Shown one piece after another: positions 9,168 to 17,571 of a stretch of 47,838 nt of DNA; position 1 is the first letter of the stretch; every line of letters starts with the position of its first letter. Origin of the DNA: Deinococcota bacterium (GTDB lineage: Bacteria > Deinococcota > Deinococci > Deinococcales > Thermaceae); the NCBI GenBank assembly GCA_041695225.1, contig JBGFRI010000019.1:1-47838 (forward strand). Direction: 5' to 3'. Below the pieces are notes generated by a model. The model saw nothing but the letters and a program-made list of their open reading frames with translations, was not told where the DNA came from and did no database searches. Made by a program: the position numbers and the translations under genes.

Positions 9168-9848
9168 GGAGGTCATCGGTAAGGTCATGCAGCGCCAGGC
9201 GCGAGATGCCGGGCGGCAGAACCCATTGGCCGACTACTGCGTCGCCCAGCTTGAGGCGCGAGGGCTGTGGGAAGTGCGCGGCGGGTACTCGTCGATAGTC
9301 TATAGTCCATAGTCTATAGACCATAGACAATCGACCATAGACAAATGTAAGACGTGGTATTTAAGCACCCCATCCTGCCGGGGTTAAGCCGGGACGAGCG
9401 GCTGCTCAAAGAGAAGCCCCGCCTTCTCATCTCGCTGAAGTCGATCATGAGCAACCCGCTGGGCACCCTCCCCAACCGGCTCGATGACCTGGTTGGAGAG
9501 GTCTCCTCGGTGCAGATGTTGTACCCTGAGGTGGTGATTGGATATGTCGTGCTGCTCGACCGCGGCGCCCCCACTAAACGGCAGTCAGGTTTGGCTTATC
9601 CGCAAGGAGACGGACTTTCTGAGCCTTACCGCCGGTTCCGCGAGGGGATCGCGCGCTTGGCTGTGCGCCGTCCGCCGCTATGGGCGCAAGGGCTGATCGA
9701 GGCCGGATGGGTAATTGAGATCGATACCCGCGGCGACCAGCTCCTGGTCGATCAGCCTCAGAGCCTGCTCGATGGCAGAGTATTTTTTGACACCCTGGTG
9801 GATACGTTGCGGATGCGCGAACCGGCTCTCTTTATACCACGGGCGTGA
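9157..9848 (+). pseudogene. Putative Type II restriction endonuclease, split by a repeat insertion
   Basis: GTG 9157 overlaps the MTase end with AAGGGG RBS; frame closes at 9312 inside the repeat; different frame 9354-9848 has KPRLLISLKS...PNRLDDLVGE...PEVVIGY (PD-(D/E)xK-like). Confidence 0.7.
9291..9346. repeat. Palindromic heptamer array (4 x GTCNATA then 4 x GACNAWN)
   Basis: gtcgata gtctata gtccata gtctata gaccata gacaatc gaccata gacaaat; central palindrome GTCTATAGAC 9312-9321. Confidence 0.92.
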
Positions 9849-10332
9849 CCGGATCAGCGCTTCGCGAAGTACCCCGAAGGGTGAAGCCGTACTGAGCAAC
9901 CCCGACCGTTCGGATGTCGGGCGGAGTACCAACCACTTTCACGCTCGTATTGAGCACATGCTCATAAATCATCGTGTCATCGTGGTTTTGGGCTCTTATA
10001 CCCCAACGGCTCCTGCAGGGTTACTGCCTCATGTCAGTCCGATCTTGGTCACTCAGCTCTATGGTCGAGATGGCCATGAACCAGGGCCCACTACTTTCCA
10101 GGCCAGGGCCATTGCGCCGCCACGCTTAAACCCGACCAGTACCAAGCAGATGGCCTGCATGGTGAACGAAACGCCTGTCCAGGTGCCAACTTACATTCGA
10201 TGCAAGACCAAACTGCGGTCTAGCTGGGAAACTGCTGTATCCCGGCTGATCCATACCTGATAAAGCTCCTTGTGATATGATTCTCCTGTACCCCTCAATG
10301 CACATCAGCGTTATTTTGACCAAAGGAAACAG

Positions 10333-11418
10333 ATGAAGCGACGTGACTTTTTGAAAAAAGCTGGAATCGGCGCAGTGGCGGCCAGCACGGTGTTTGGCCC
10401 GGTCTGGGCGCAGGTGGGCGCTCCCCGCCTGCGCTGGCGCATGGCTTCCAGTTATCCCCGTGCGCTGGACATTCTCTTTGGCGGGGCCGAACGTTTTGCT
10501 AAGAACGTGGAGGCCATGACCGAAGGGCGGTTCCAGATTAGCGTCCACCCGGCTGGGGAAATTGCCCCAGCGCTGGAGGTTTTCGAGGTTGTGCGCCGTG
10601 GTGCGGTGGAGATGGGGCACGCCCCCAGTTTCTGGTTTATGGGGCTCAGCCCCTCCTTTGTCTTCGACTCTACCCTGCCGTTTGGCCTGACCGCGGTCCA
10701 ACAGAATGCCTGGCACCACCATGGCGGCGGCCTAACAACCATGCAGCAGGTTCTCGCCGACTTTAACGTCATACACTTCCCGGCCGGTAACACCCTGGCC
10801 CAGATGGGCGGCTGGTTCAGGCGAGAAATACGTGCTATGGCTGATGTGCGTGGCCTCAGAATTCGGATGCCCGGCCTGGGGGGCGAGGTCTGGACCCGGC
10901 TAGGGGCCACTACCCACCTGATCCCCGCCGGGGAGCTTTTCTTAGCACTCGAACGGGGGGTGGTGGATGCTGCCGACTGGTCCGGGGCCCACGACGATCT
11001 ACGGCTGGGTCTGCACCGGGCTGCCCGGTTCTACTACTACCCAGGCTGGCAGGAGCCGAGCCTCGCCATTCACCTCTTCGTCAACCTGGTCCGGTGGCGC
11101 GAGCTGCCCAGGGATTACCAGGAAATAGTCAAGACTGCCGCCAACGATGTCACTATTCAGATGATGGCCGAGTACGACGCCAAAAACGGCCCCGCCATGG
11201 ACCTGCTTATTCGTGGTGGAACGCAGCTGCGGGCCTTTCCCCGCCCACTCTTGCTGGCGGCAGAAAGGCACTCCGAAGAGATCTGCGACGAGATCGCAGC
11301 CCGCGATACCACTTTCCGGCGTATCCTGACCGACTGGCGGCGTTTTCGTGAGATCGTCCGGCGGGGCAATCGATTTACCGAGTACGGCTACAAAAGCTTT
11401 GTATTCTCGCCACGATAG
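10333..11418 (+). CDS. TRAP transporter substrate-binding protein (DctP/TakP-like), Tat-exported
   Basis: MKRRDFLKK twin-arginine signal; WRMASSYP, GNTLAQMGGWFRREI, GLRIRMPGLGG, YYYPGWQEP. Confidence 0.92.
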   Translation: MKRRDFLKKAGIGAVAASTVFGPVWAQVGAPRLRWRMASSYPRALDILFGGAERFAKNVEAMTEGRFQISVHPAGEIAPALEVFEVVRRGAVEMGHAPSFWFMGLSPSFVFDSTLPFGLTAVQQNAWHHHGGGLTTMQQVLADFNVIHFPAGNTLAQMGGWFRREIRAMADVRGLRIRMPGLGGEVWTRLGATTHLIPAGELFLALERGVVDAADWSGAHDDLRLGLHRAARFYYYPGWQEPSLAIHLFVNLVRWRELPRDYQEIVKTAANDVTIQMMAEYDAKNGPAMDLLIRGGTQLRAFPRPLLLAAERHSEEICDEIAARDTTFRRILTDWRRFREIVRRGNRFTEYGYKSFVFSPR

Positions 11419-11454
11419 ATTTACCCGTCTCGCATTACCAGACGACCACCAAAA

Positions 11455-11517
11455 ATGTCTCAGGTTGCAGGTCGCAAGTCGAAGGTCGAAAGACGTTAGA
11501 CCGTTGACCTCAAACAT
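11455..11517. repeat. Head-to-head heptamer array bounded by ATGT...ACAT
   Basis: gtctcag gttgcag gtcgcaa gtcgaag gtcgaaa | gacgtta gaccgtt gacctca aacat. Confidence 0.85.
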
Positions 11518-11764
11518 TACCGGTACGAGGAAGAAAGTCCGCTCGAGCAGCTTGTTCTTTGGTCGCCGCCCAACGTCACCTTGGTGCCGCAGGCGCCCAT
11601 TGCAGCCCGAACGGGCGCACCTAGCGACGGGTACTTCTTGACCTGCTGACTAAAAGAAGTCGGGCTGAAGGGTCTGGCCAGGGTTGCCGCCCTCCGGCCT
11701 GCGGGCAGCCATTCCCCCAGGCTCCAAACACTTTTGAGAGACCTGGACGGACTGAACAGCTTGA

Positions 11765-12706
11765 CTAGGGTTTCTGTCGGAAGACCGCCAGGGGAAGAAA
11801 CGCACTTACCACGTACACACCGGCGTCCACCACCTCCGAGATTTTCAGATCTACTACCAGGCTTGCCAGCACGTAGGCCTCCTCGGCCGATAGACGGTAG
11901 GTTTCTCCAAGGTAATCAATCATCGCGCGCAGAGCATCCTGTGCTCCCCGGTAGAGATCGGGTCCAACTCCCGTTGTCGCGTAAAACCCGGCATGGTTGA
12001 CCTTTGGTAAAAGCCCACCGGCTGTCACGAACTGGGGAGCCGGAATCTTCCGGCCCTTTTGAAGTGTGAAGCGCAGGGCCGCGTACATCGGGGCCTCGAT
12101 CCCGGTCACACAGACCTCGCCGTCCCCTTGGGCGGCGTGGGCATCTCCGCAGCTGAACAGAGCGCCCTCAACCTGCACCGGAAGGAAAAGGGTGGTTCCC
12201 CTGGTCAGCTGGCGAGTGTCAAGATTGCCGCCGAAAATGCCTGGCGGCATCACCGCCTGTTTTGAAGCCCCCGCCGGGCAGACCCCCATGGTGCCGAAAA
12301 AGGGCTCTATTGGAATTGCGACGTCCTCGCGCAGATAGGTGACATCGCCGCGGGTGAGGTCGAAGATCTTCAGGTAGGGGTTTTTGAAGTCGTCAGGCAG
12401 CAGCCCAAATCCAGGAATAATCGCCGTCCAGCCCCATCCCAGCGTGTGTATATCTAAGATCTCAATCGCCAGGGTATCGCCGGGCCTGGCACCCCGCACC
12501 GCTATTGGGCCCGCGAGGGGGTAGACGCGGTCCCAGTTAAGGGTCGCGATTGCGCTGGCATCGGAGCTGGGAGTGATCTGGTTATCGCTGACATCCCGCG
12601 CCTGCAACACCACAACGTCCTCGCTGTCGATGGTGAGCACCGGTTCGTGGGTAACATCCCAGGTGTAGTGTACCCGGTCCTGTGGGAAGTAATGAACTGA
12701 AGCCAT
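11765..12706 (-). CDS. Acetamidase/formamidase family protein
   Basis: GPIAVRGARPGD, GGNLD, GDAHAAQGDGEVC, ISEVVD motifs. Confidence 0.92.
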   Translation of the reverse strand: MASVHYFPQDRVHYTWDVTHEPVLTIDSEDVVVLQARDVSDNQITPSSDASAIATLNWDRVYPLAGPIAVRGARPGDTLAIEILDIHTLGWGWTAIIPGFGLLPDDFKNPYLKIFDLTRGDVTYLREDVAIPIEPFFGTMGVCPAGASKQAVMPPGIFGGNLDTRQLTRGTTLFLPVQVEGALFSCGDAHAAQGDGEVCVTGIEAPMYAALRFTLQKGRKIPAPQFVTAGGLLPKVNHAGFYATTGVGPDLYRGAQDALRAMIDYLGETYRLSAEEAYVLASLVVDLKISEVVDAGVYVVSAFLPLAVFRQKP

Positions 12707-12897
12707 AGATTCCTCCTGCTGGTATTACCGATGTTACCCGATTATCTTGGGTTCGTCTGGGTAGTCCACAATTTGTCGAGTCGGTCACACTCTTGTAGCA
12801 AAGAACTATGGTGAGAACCCTTTGTTAGTTTTGACCTAGATTGCAGCAAATGCTGGAACACGAACACAAGGGGTGGGTGATTGACCCGGAAGAACTG

Positions 12898-12962
12898 ATG
12901 TCTCAGGTCGCAAGTCTCAAGTCGCATGTCACTTGACATCAGACCTGTGACCTGAAACCTGC
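12898..12962. repeat. Head-to-head heptamer array just downstream of tRNA-Phe
   Basis: at gtctcag gtcgcaa gtctcaa gtcgcat gtcactt | gacatca gacctgt gacctga aacctgc. Confidence 0.88.
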
Positions 12963-12983
12963 GTCATTTTTATTGTCCTGCAC

Positions 12984-13059
12984 TGGTGCCAAGGGGCGGA
13001 ATCGAACCGCCGACACTGCGATTTTCAGTCGCATGCTCTACCGACTGAGCTACCTTGGC
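12984..13059 (-). tRNA. tRNA-Phe(GAA)
   Basis: GCCAAGGTAGCTCAGTCGGTAGAGCA-TGCGACTGAAAATCGCA-GTGTCGGCGGTTCGATTCCGCCCCTTGGCACCA; cloverleaf with encoded CCA. Confidence 0.97.
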
Positions 13060-13098
13060 TCGAGGCGCCGCAATGGAGGACAGGCAGGGCGGCATTTT

Positions 13099-13175
13099 TG
13101 GCGCTCCGGACGGGACTTGAACCCGCGATCTCCCACGTGACAGGCGGGTATGTTGACCAACTACACCACCGGAGC
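13099..13175 (-). tRNA. tRNA-Asp(GTC)
   Basis: GCTCCGGTGGTGTAGTTGGTCAACATACCCGCCTGTCACGTGGGAGATCGCGGGTTCAAGTCCCGTCCGGAGCGCCA. Confidence 0.97.
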
Positions 13176-13218
13176 AGGTTGTAGCGCAGCGTCGGAATCG
13201 TCCGAACGGGCACATAGG

Positions 13219-13247
13219 ATAATAGCGGCTGGCCTGATAAGTGTCAA
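13219..13247 (-). promoter_or_regulatory. sigma70-type promoter of the tRNA-Asp/tRNA-Phe operon
   Basis: TTGACA-N17-TATTAT on the minus strand. Confidence 0.85.
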
Positions 13248-13272
13248 GCAACTGAGGTATTTTGTATCGAAA

Positions 13273-13623
13273 ATGACCTGGAAGGAAGTCCTTTCCCACC
13301 ACAAGACCCTGCGGGGAATCGGCAGGCACAGCCTGCTGGTGGATCGGGGCGAGTCGGGCTATCGGAACCGCTTCTTGCCGGATGGCTCGATTCTGTATCC
13401 GGGCGAGGGTCTTACTGGCCACCAGCAGCCCCTGGGGGGCAACCTTACTTTGCTTAACGCCCTGGCTTGCCAAACCCCTATGCGAGTCTTTCTGCGCAAG
13501 CGGCCCAACTGCTGGCAGGACCTGGGCCTGTACAGGGTAGAAAGTGTCGAGCACCGGTTTGAAGAAACCGAGCGCCGCTACGTCTACTGGTTCCGGCTGG
13601 TTCCGTTGAAGGCAGCTACCTGA
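13273..13623 (+). CDS. Stand-alone SRA/YDG-like domain protein
   Basis: GY.N....DG.ILYPGEGLTGHQ....GN..L......PMRVF.......W..LG.YRV.........Y.FRLVP resembles SRA folds of modification-dependent nucleases; ATG 13273. Confidence 0.6.
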   Translation: MTWKEVLSHHKTLRGIGRHSLLVDRGESGYRNRFLPDGSILYPGEGLTGHQQPLGGNLTLLNALACQTPMRVFLRKRPNCWQDLGLYRVESVEHRFEETERRYVYWFRLVPLKAAT

Positions 13624-14204
13624 GCCAGAAATTGCCTTAACTTTAGAGGGTCTTTGTGGCCAGGCCGGCCCTCCACCCCGCTGCTCACGTCTACGGCGTA
13701 GGGCTGTAAATCCAGCGCGGGTTGTAGATTCTCTGGGCTCAGGCCCCCAGCAATTATTAGCCGGGGGTGGTGGCGGAGAGGTGTAACCCAGTCCAGTGGA
13801 TAGCTCTGCCCGCTCCCAGGGTTTACTCCATCCACCAGAAGTGCATCGGCCGGATAACTCACCCAGTCGGGCTGGGCCGGGCCAGTTAGCTTTATAGCTT
13901 TGATCACCGGAAAAAACTTGCGGACCTGCGCGGACCACTCCGGGGGCTCCTCGCCATGGAGCTGGGCCACCTGAAGCCGTGCGGTCTGCATCTGTCTTAA
14001 AACCGTTTCAGGCCGAGCGTCCACAAACACCCCCACCCGAACCATAAAAGGCCCCAGGGCCTGTGCAATGGGACTAATCTGGTCGGGCTCCATATAACGC
14101 CGGGTTCCAGGGGCCAGGACGAACCCCAGCGCCCAGGCCCCAAGTTGCTCGGCCAGCAGCGCGTCTTCCAGGCGGGTGATGCCGCAGATCTTGGCGCGTA
14201 CCAC
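13584..14204 (-). CDS. trpF: Phosphoribosylanthranilate isomerase
   Basis: KICGIT, VGVFVD, QLHGEE, AGGL, VDVSSGVE, KD motifs. Confidence 0.95.
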   Translation of the reverse strand: MVRAKICGITRLEDALLAEQLGAWALGFVLAPGTRRYMEPDQISPIAQALGPFMVRVGVFVDARPETVLRQMQTARLQVAQLHGEEPPEWSAQVRKFFPVIKAIKLTGPAQPDWVSYPADALLVDGVNPGSGQSYPLDWVTPLRHHPRLIIAGGLSPENLQPALDLQPYAVDVSSGVEGRPGHKDPLKLRQFLAQVAAFNGTSRNQ

Positions 14205-14409
14205 TGGTATAGTGTCTCATACTTTGTACTGGTGACAACCTCGAGGTCCACAGACACTTATTACAAAGGTGTAATTTCGCCCGTGTACAGGTTAAAGTTA
14301 CCGAGATCTCATTCCGGGGCTGCCTTTGCCGAAGAGTCATAAGTTTCGGGTTTGGACCCTTACAAGGCTCGAGCCCGCGGGGGCCGGGGTAGGCCGGGTT
14401 TAACGCAAT

Positions 14410-14437
14410 GTCCTTCGACTTTTGACTTTCGACGGGT
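14410..14437. repeat. Short heptamer array
   Basis: gtccttc gactttt gactttc gacgggt. Confidence 0.55.
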
Positions 14438-14492
14438 CTAAGCGCTACAAAAGCTGGAAAAACATGCTAGCCGACTGCTAGCAGGGGTTTTG

Positions 14493-14905
14493 TCAGTACC
14501 TGCGGCTGGCCTTGACCGCCGTGCCGGAGGCGGTGACCATCAGCATATTGCCCTGGCTCACGGTCTCGTAGTCAATGTCAATTCCGATCACCGCATCGGC
14601 TCCCCGCGCCATTAGGGGGTGCGCGTAGCGCATACTCGCTGTGCGAGTAACCTGGGCGGCCTGCTCGAGCTCCGTCAGGGCAATCTCGCGGGCTCTGCGT
14701 AGCTCGGCCTCGTAGGCCCCGCTGCGCCCGCCCACAATGTCGCGCACCTGGGCCAGCAGGTCTTTGAAGATGTTGGCACCCAGGATGACCTCGCCAAAGA
14801 TGACATCCAGGTACTCGGTAATGGAGTAGGTGAATCAGCGGTAGGAGATTCGATTGTCCAGTGCATCTGGTAACCCTCGAGGTGGTTGGAAGTTGTAAGA
14901 ACAAT
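14493..14905 (-). pseudogene. ybjQ: YbjQ/UPF0145 family pseudogene with two short insertions
   Basis: Reconstructs as [59 protein letters not shown]...[18 protein letters not shown]...[11 protein letters not shown]; 44-nt frameshifting insert 14823-14866, 42-nt in-frame insert 14610-14651; no clean start codon. Confidence 0.85.
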
Positions 14906-15040
14906 TTTGCGCCTAGGTTACGGCTTTGCCGGAATCGCGTAAGCGACTCGCCTCGCATGGCAACTCTCCCGCGTCCGATTCTAAACCTCACCAGCACCCG
15001 GAGGATAGAAGAGAACCAGGCGGGATATAATCCAGCCAGA

Positions 15041-15769
15041 ATGCAAGTCTCTCTTTTTGTCACCTGTGTGACAGACCAGTTTTTTGCCGAGGCCGGGGTC
15101 GCAGCAGTGAGGCTGCTGCGGCATCTGGGCTGCACGGTAAATTTTCCCCCAGGTCAGACCTGTTGCGGCCAGCCAGCCTACAACGCGGGCTACTGGGCCG
15201 AGGCCAGACCGGTGGCCGAGCATACCCTGGGCGTTTTTGACGACGCAGAGTATGTGGTCTTGCCCTCGGGTTCCTGCACCACCATGCTGCGGGCCTTCTA
15301 CCCCGAGCTGTACCGCGACAACCCCCGCATGTTTGCCAGGGCCCATGCCCTCAGCAACAAGACATTTGAGCTAGCCGAGTTCATCGTCAAGGTGCTGGGG
15401 GTTACGCGCCTGGGACGCGGGCTGCAGGGCCAAAGAATTGCCTATCACCACGGCTGCCACGCCCTGCGCGAGCTGGGTATCAAACCAGAGCCCCTCTCCC
15501 TGCTGCGCAACGCTGGGGCCGAAATTGTCGAGTGGGCGGCTGCCGAGGAGTGCTGTGGCTTTGGTGGGCTGTTCTCGGTAAAGCTACCCGAGGTGGCTCT
15601 CAGCATGGCCGACCACAAGCTAGCCACCCTGCCCCCGACCAGCCAGGTAGACTTTCTCACCAGCGCCGATGGCGGCTGTATGCTTCACCTCAGTGGGCGC
15701 ATCGAGAACCGGAGACTAAATCTGCCAGTGAAGCCACTGGCCACGGTCTTATGGGAGGCGGTGCAATGA
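15041..15769 (+). CDS. lutA: L-lactate utilization Fe-S protein LutA/LldE
   Basis: LFVTC, QTCCGQPAYNAG, SGSC, YHHGCH, CCGFGGLFSVK; ATG 15041 with TATAAT upstream. Confidence 0.92.
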   Translation: MQVSLFVTCVTDQFFAEAGVAAVRLLRHLGCTVNFPPGQTCCGQPAYNAGYWAEARPVAEHTLGVFDDAEYVVLPSGSCTTMLRAFYPELYRDNPRMFARAHALSNKTFELAEFIVKVLGVTRLGRGLQGQRIAYHHGCHALRELGIKPEPLSLLRNAGAEIVEWAAAEECCGFGGLFSVKLPEVALSMADHKLATLPPTSQVDFLTSADGGCMLHLSGRIENRRLNLPVKPLATVLWEAVQ

Positions 15770-15938
15770 GGGCTGCAGCTCTGGGTTGGTACTGCTTACC
15801 CGGTCTGGTAGCCCCACCATCGGTCTATTTCCACCGCCAGATAGCACTGTTGTTCTCGGTAGTGATCTTTACCATCAACAGCCGTCTCTTGACCCTTGAC
15901 GCTCGACCCTCAACCTCTCAGGCAACCTCGAGGCAGCC
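15770..15938. mobile_element. Putative MITE-like insertion between lutA and lutB
   Basis: ATGA at both flanks, imperfect terminal inverted repeats GGCTGCAGCTCTGGGTTG / CAACCTCGAGGCAGCC, internal heptamers 15884-15918. Confidence 0.45.
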
Positions 15939-17333
15939 ATGAAAGTCACCGCCAACCGCTACCCCCAGGAGTCGGCTAAAGTGCTCCGGGAAGAACCCCA
16001 GGTGCGTGACTCGGTTACCGGGGCTACCCTCAACTTCGACGCCAAGCGGCGGCAGGCCTATGCCGAGGTGGACGCCGAAGCCTGGCGGCACTGGGCAGAA
16101 GGGGTAAAGAACAATGTCCTGACCAACCTGGACCAGTACCTGTTACAGGCCGAGGCCAGCCTGAAGCGCAATGGGGTGCAGGTACACTGGGCCGAGAATA
16201 GCGACGATGCGCGGCGCATCGTCGCCCAGATTGCCAGGGCAGGCCAGGTCAAAAGAGTGGTCAAAGCCAAGACCATGCTCTCGGAGGAGCTGGGCATCAA
16301 TCCCATGTTAGAGAGTATGGGCATCGAGGCCCTCGAGACCGACCTCGGCGAGTACATCATCCAGCTTTTGGGCCAGCCCCCCTCGCACATTGTCGGGCCA
16401 GCCATTCACCTCAACCTGGAGCAGATTCGCCAGCTTTTTCATCAGCGCTTCCAGACACCCTTAGACGCCAGCCCAGATGACCTGGCTGCTGCGGCCCGCA
16501 AGCTGCTACGGGAGGGCTTCCTGAATGCCGATATGGGCATCTCCGGCGCCAACTTTGTAGTGGCCGAGACCGGTACCGTGGCCCTGATTGAAAATGAGGG
16601 CAACATCCGGCTTTCTACCTCGGCCCCGCGTATTCATCTCGCACTGTTGGGAATTGAGAAACTGCTGCCTCGCTTCAGCGATCTGGCCGTCTTCCTGCCG
16701 CTTACCACCCGCGCGGCCACCGGGCAGCGGCTGGGTACTTTTGTCTCGCTCTTGCAGGGGCCGCGCAACTCGGGCGAGAACGACGGCCCCGAGGAAGTCC
16801 ATGTGGTCTTTGTTGACAACGGGCGCAGCAGTGTGCTGGCCGACCCCCAGGCCTGGGAAACCCTGCGCTGTCTGCGCTGCGCGGCCTGTCTGAACGCCTG
16901 CCCGGTATACCGCCAGACCGGCGGCCACCCCTACGGCTACGTCTACAGCGGCCCCATTGGGGCAATTCTCGCTCCCGGCCTGGTAGGGCTGGAAGAAACC
17001 AGGCCGCTGCCCTATGCCTCCTCGTTGTGCGGGGCCTGTTTCCAGGCTTGCCCGGTGCGAATTCCCATTCCCCGGCTGCTGCTCACCTGGCGCAACCGGG
17101 CGGTGGAGGAAGGTCTGACGCCTAAGGTCGAGGCCGCAGCCATCAAAGGCTATGCCCTGGCCATGACCCAGCCCTGGGTCTACCGCCTGGCCTCCAGGGC
17201 ACTGCGGCTGCTTCCGGAAATTGCCCTGGACAACACCGTGGTGCCGGTACTCAAAGCCTGGACCCAGGGCCGGGCCGGACTCAAACCCAGCCGCAAAAGC
17301 TTCCACCAGCTGTGGGAAGCGGGCGAGGTTTGA
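15939..17333 (+). CDS. lutB: L-lactate utilization Fe-S protein LutB/LldF
   Basis: ETDLGEYIIQL, PSHIVGPAIH, ENEGN, CLRCAACLNACPVY, SSLCGACxxACPV. Confidence 0.95.
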   Translation: MKVTANRYPQESAKVLREEPQVRDSVTGATLNFDAKRRQAYAEVDAEAWRHWAEGVKNNVLTNLDQYLLQAEASLKRNGVQVHWAENSDDARRIVAQIARAGQVKRVVKAKTMLSEELGINPMLESMGIEALETDLGEYIIQLLGQPPSHIVGPAIHLNLEQIRQLFHQRFQTPLDASPDDLAAAARKLLREGFLNADMGISGANFVVAETGTVALIENEGNIRLSTSAPRIHLALLGIEKLLPRFSDLAVFLPLTTRAATGQRLGTFVSLLQGPRNSGENDGPEEVHVVFVDNGRSSVLADPQAWETLRCLRCAACLNACPVYRQTGGHPYGYVYSGPIGAILAPGLVGLEETRPLPYASSLCGACFQACPVRIPIPRLLLTWRNRAVEEGLTPKVEAAAIKGYALAMTQPWVYRLASRALRLLPEIALDNTVVPVLKAWTQGRAGLKPSRKSFHQLWEAGEV

Positions 17334-17571
17334 CCAAGCAGGACCGTCTGCCCACCTTCGCTTTCTACCGCCGCCATATCCGGCCACAGCCCAGGAGTAA
17401 ACAACGCTGTTTGTGACTAAATGCCGGGCAAGAGTGTGGGGGGGCTTGTAGCTTTCTTCTGCAATAAAAGGGTCTTGGGCCGCCGATGGGGCAGTAACCG
17501 GAGAAGGAAACAAGAAACCTGCGCCCTGCAAGACTTACTGGTCAATACCAAAACAGTCCAGACTTACCGGC

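Noticed and set aside
9715..10260. 181-aa ORF and hairpin CCCGAC..GTCGGG at about 9901-9921
   Set aside because: ORF overlaps the nuclease fragment and has no recognisable features; the hairpin cannot be assigned
7534..12706. FmdB plus formamidase as one fmdAB operon
   Set aside because: About 4 kb apart with unrelated genes on the other strand in between
7900..12983. tRNA-Phe-anchored integrative island with att repeats
   Set aside because: No integrase; the only echo of the tRNA 3' end I found is a 7-bp TGGTGCC at about 11582, which is chance level
12970..13938. 322-aa minus-strand ORF
   Set aside because: Runs through two tRNAs and out of frame through trpF
16506..17531. 341-aa minus-strand ORF
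   Set aside because: Antisense shadow of lutB
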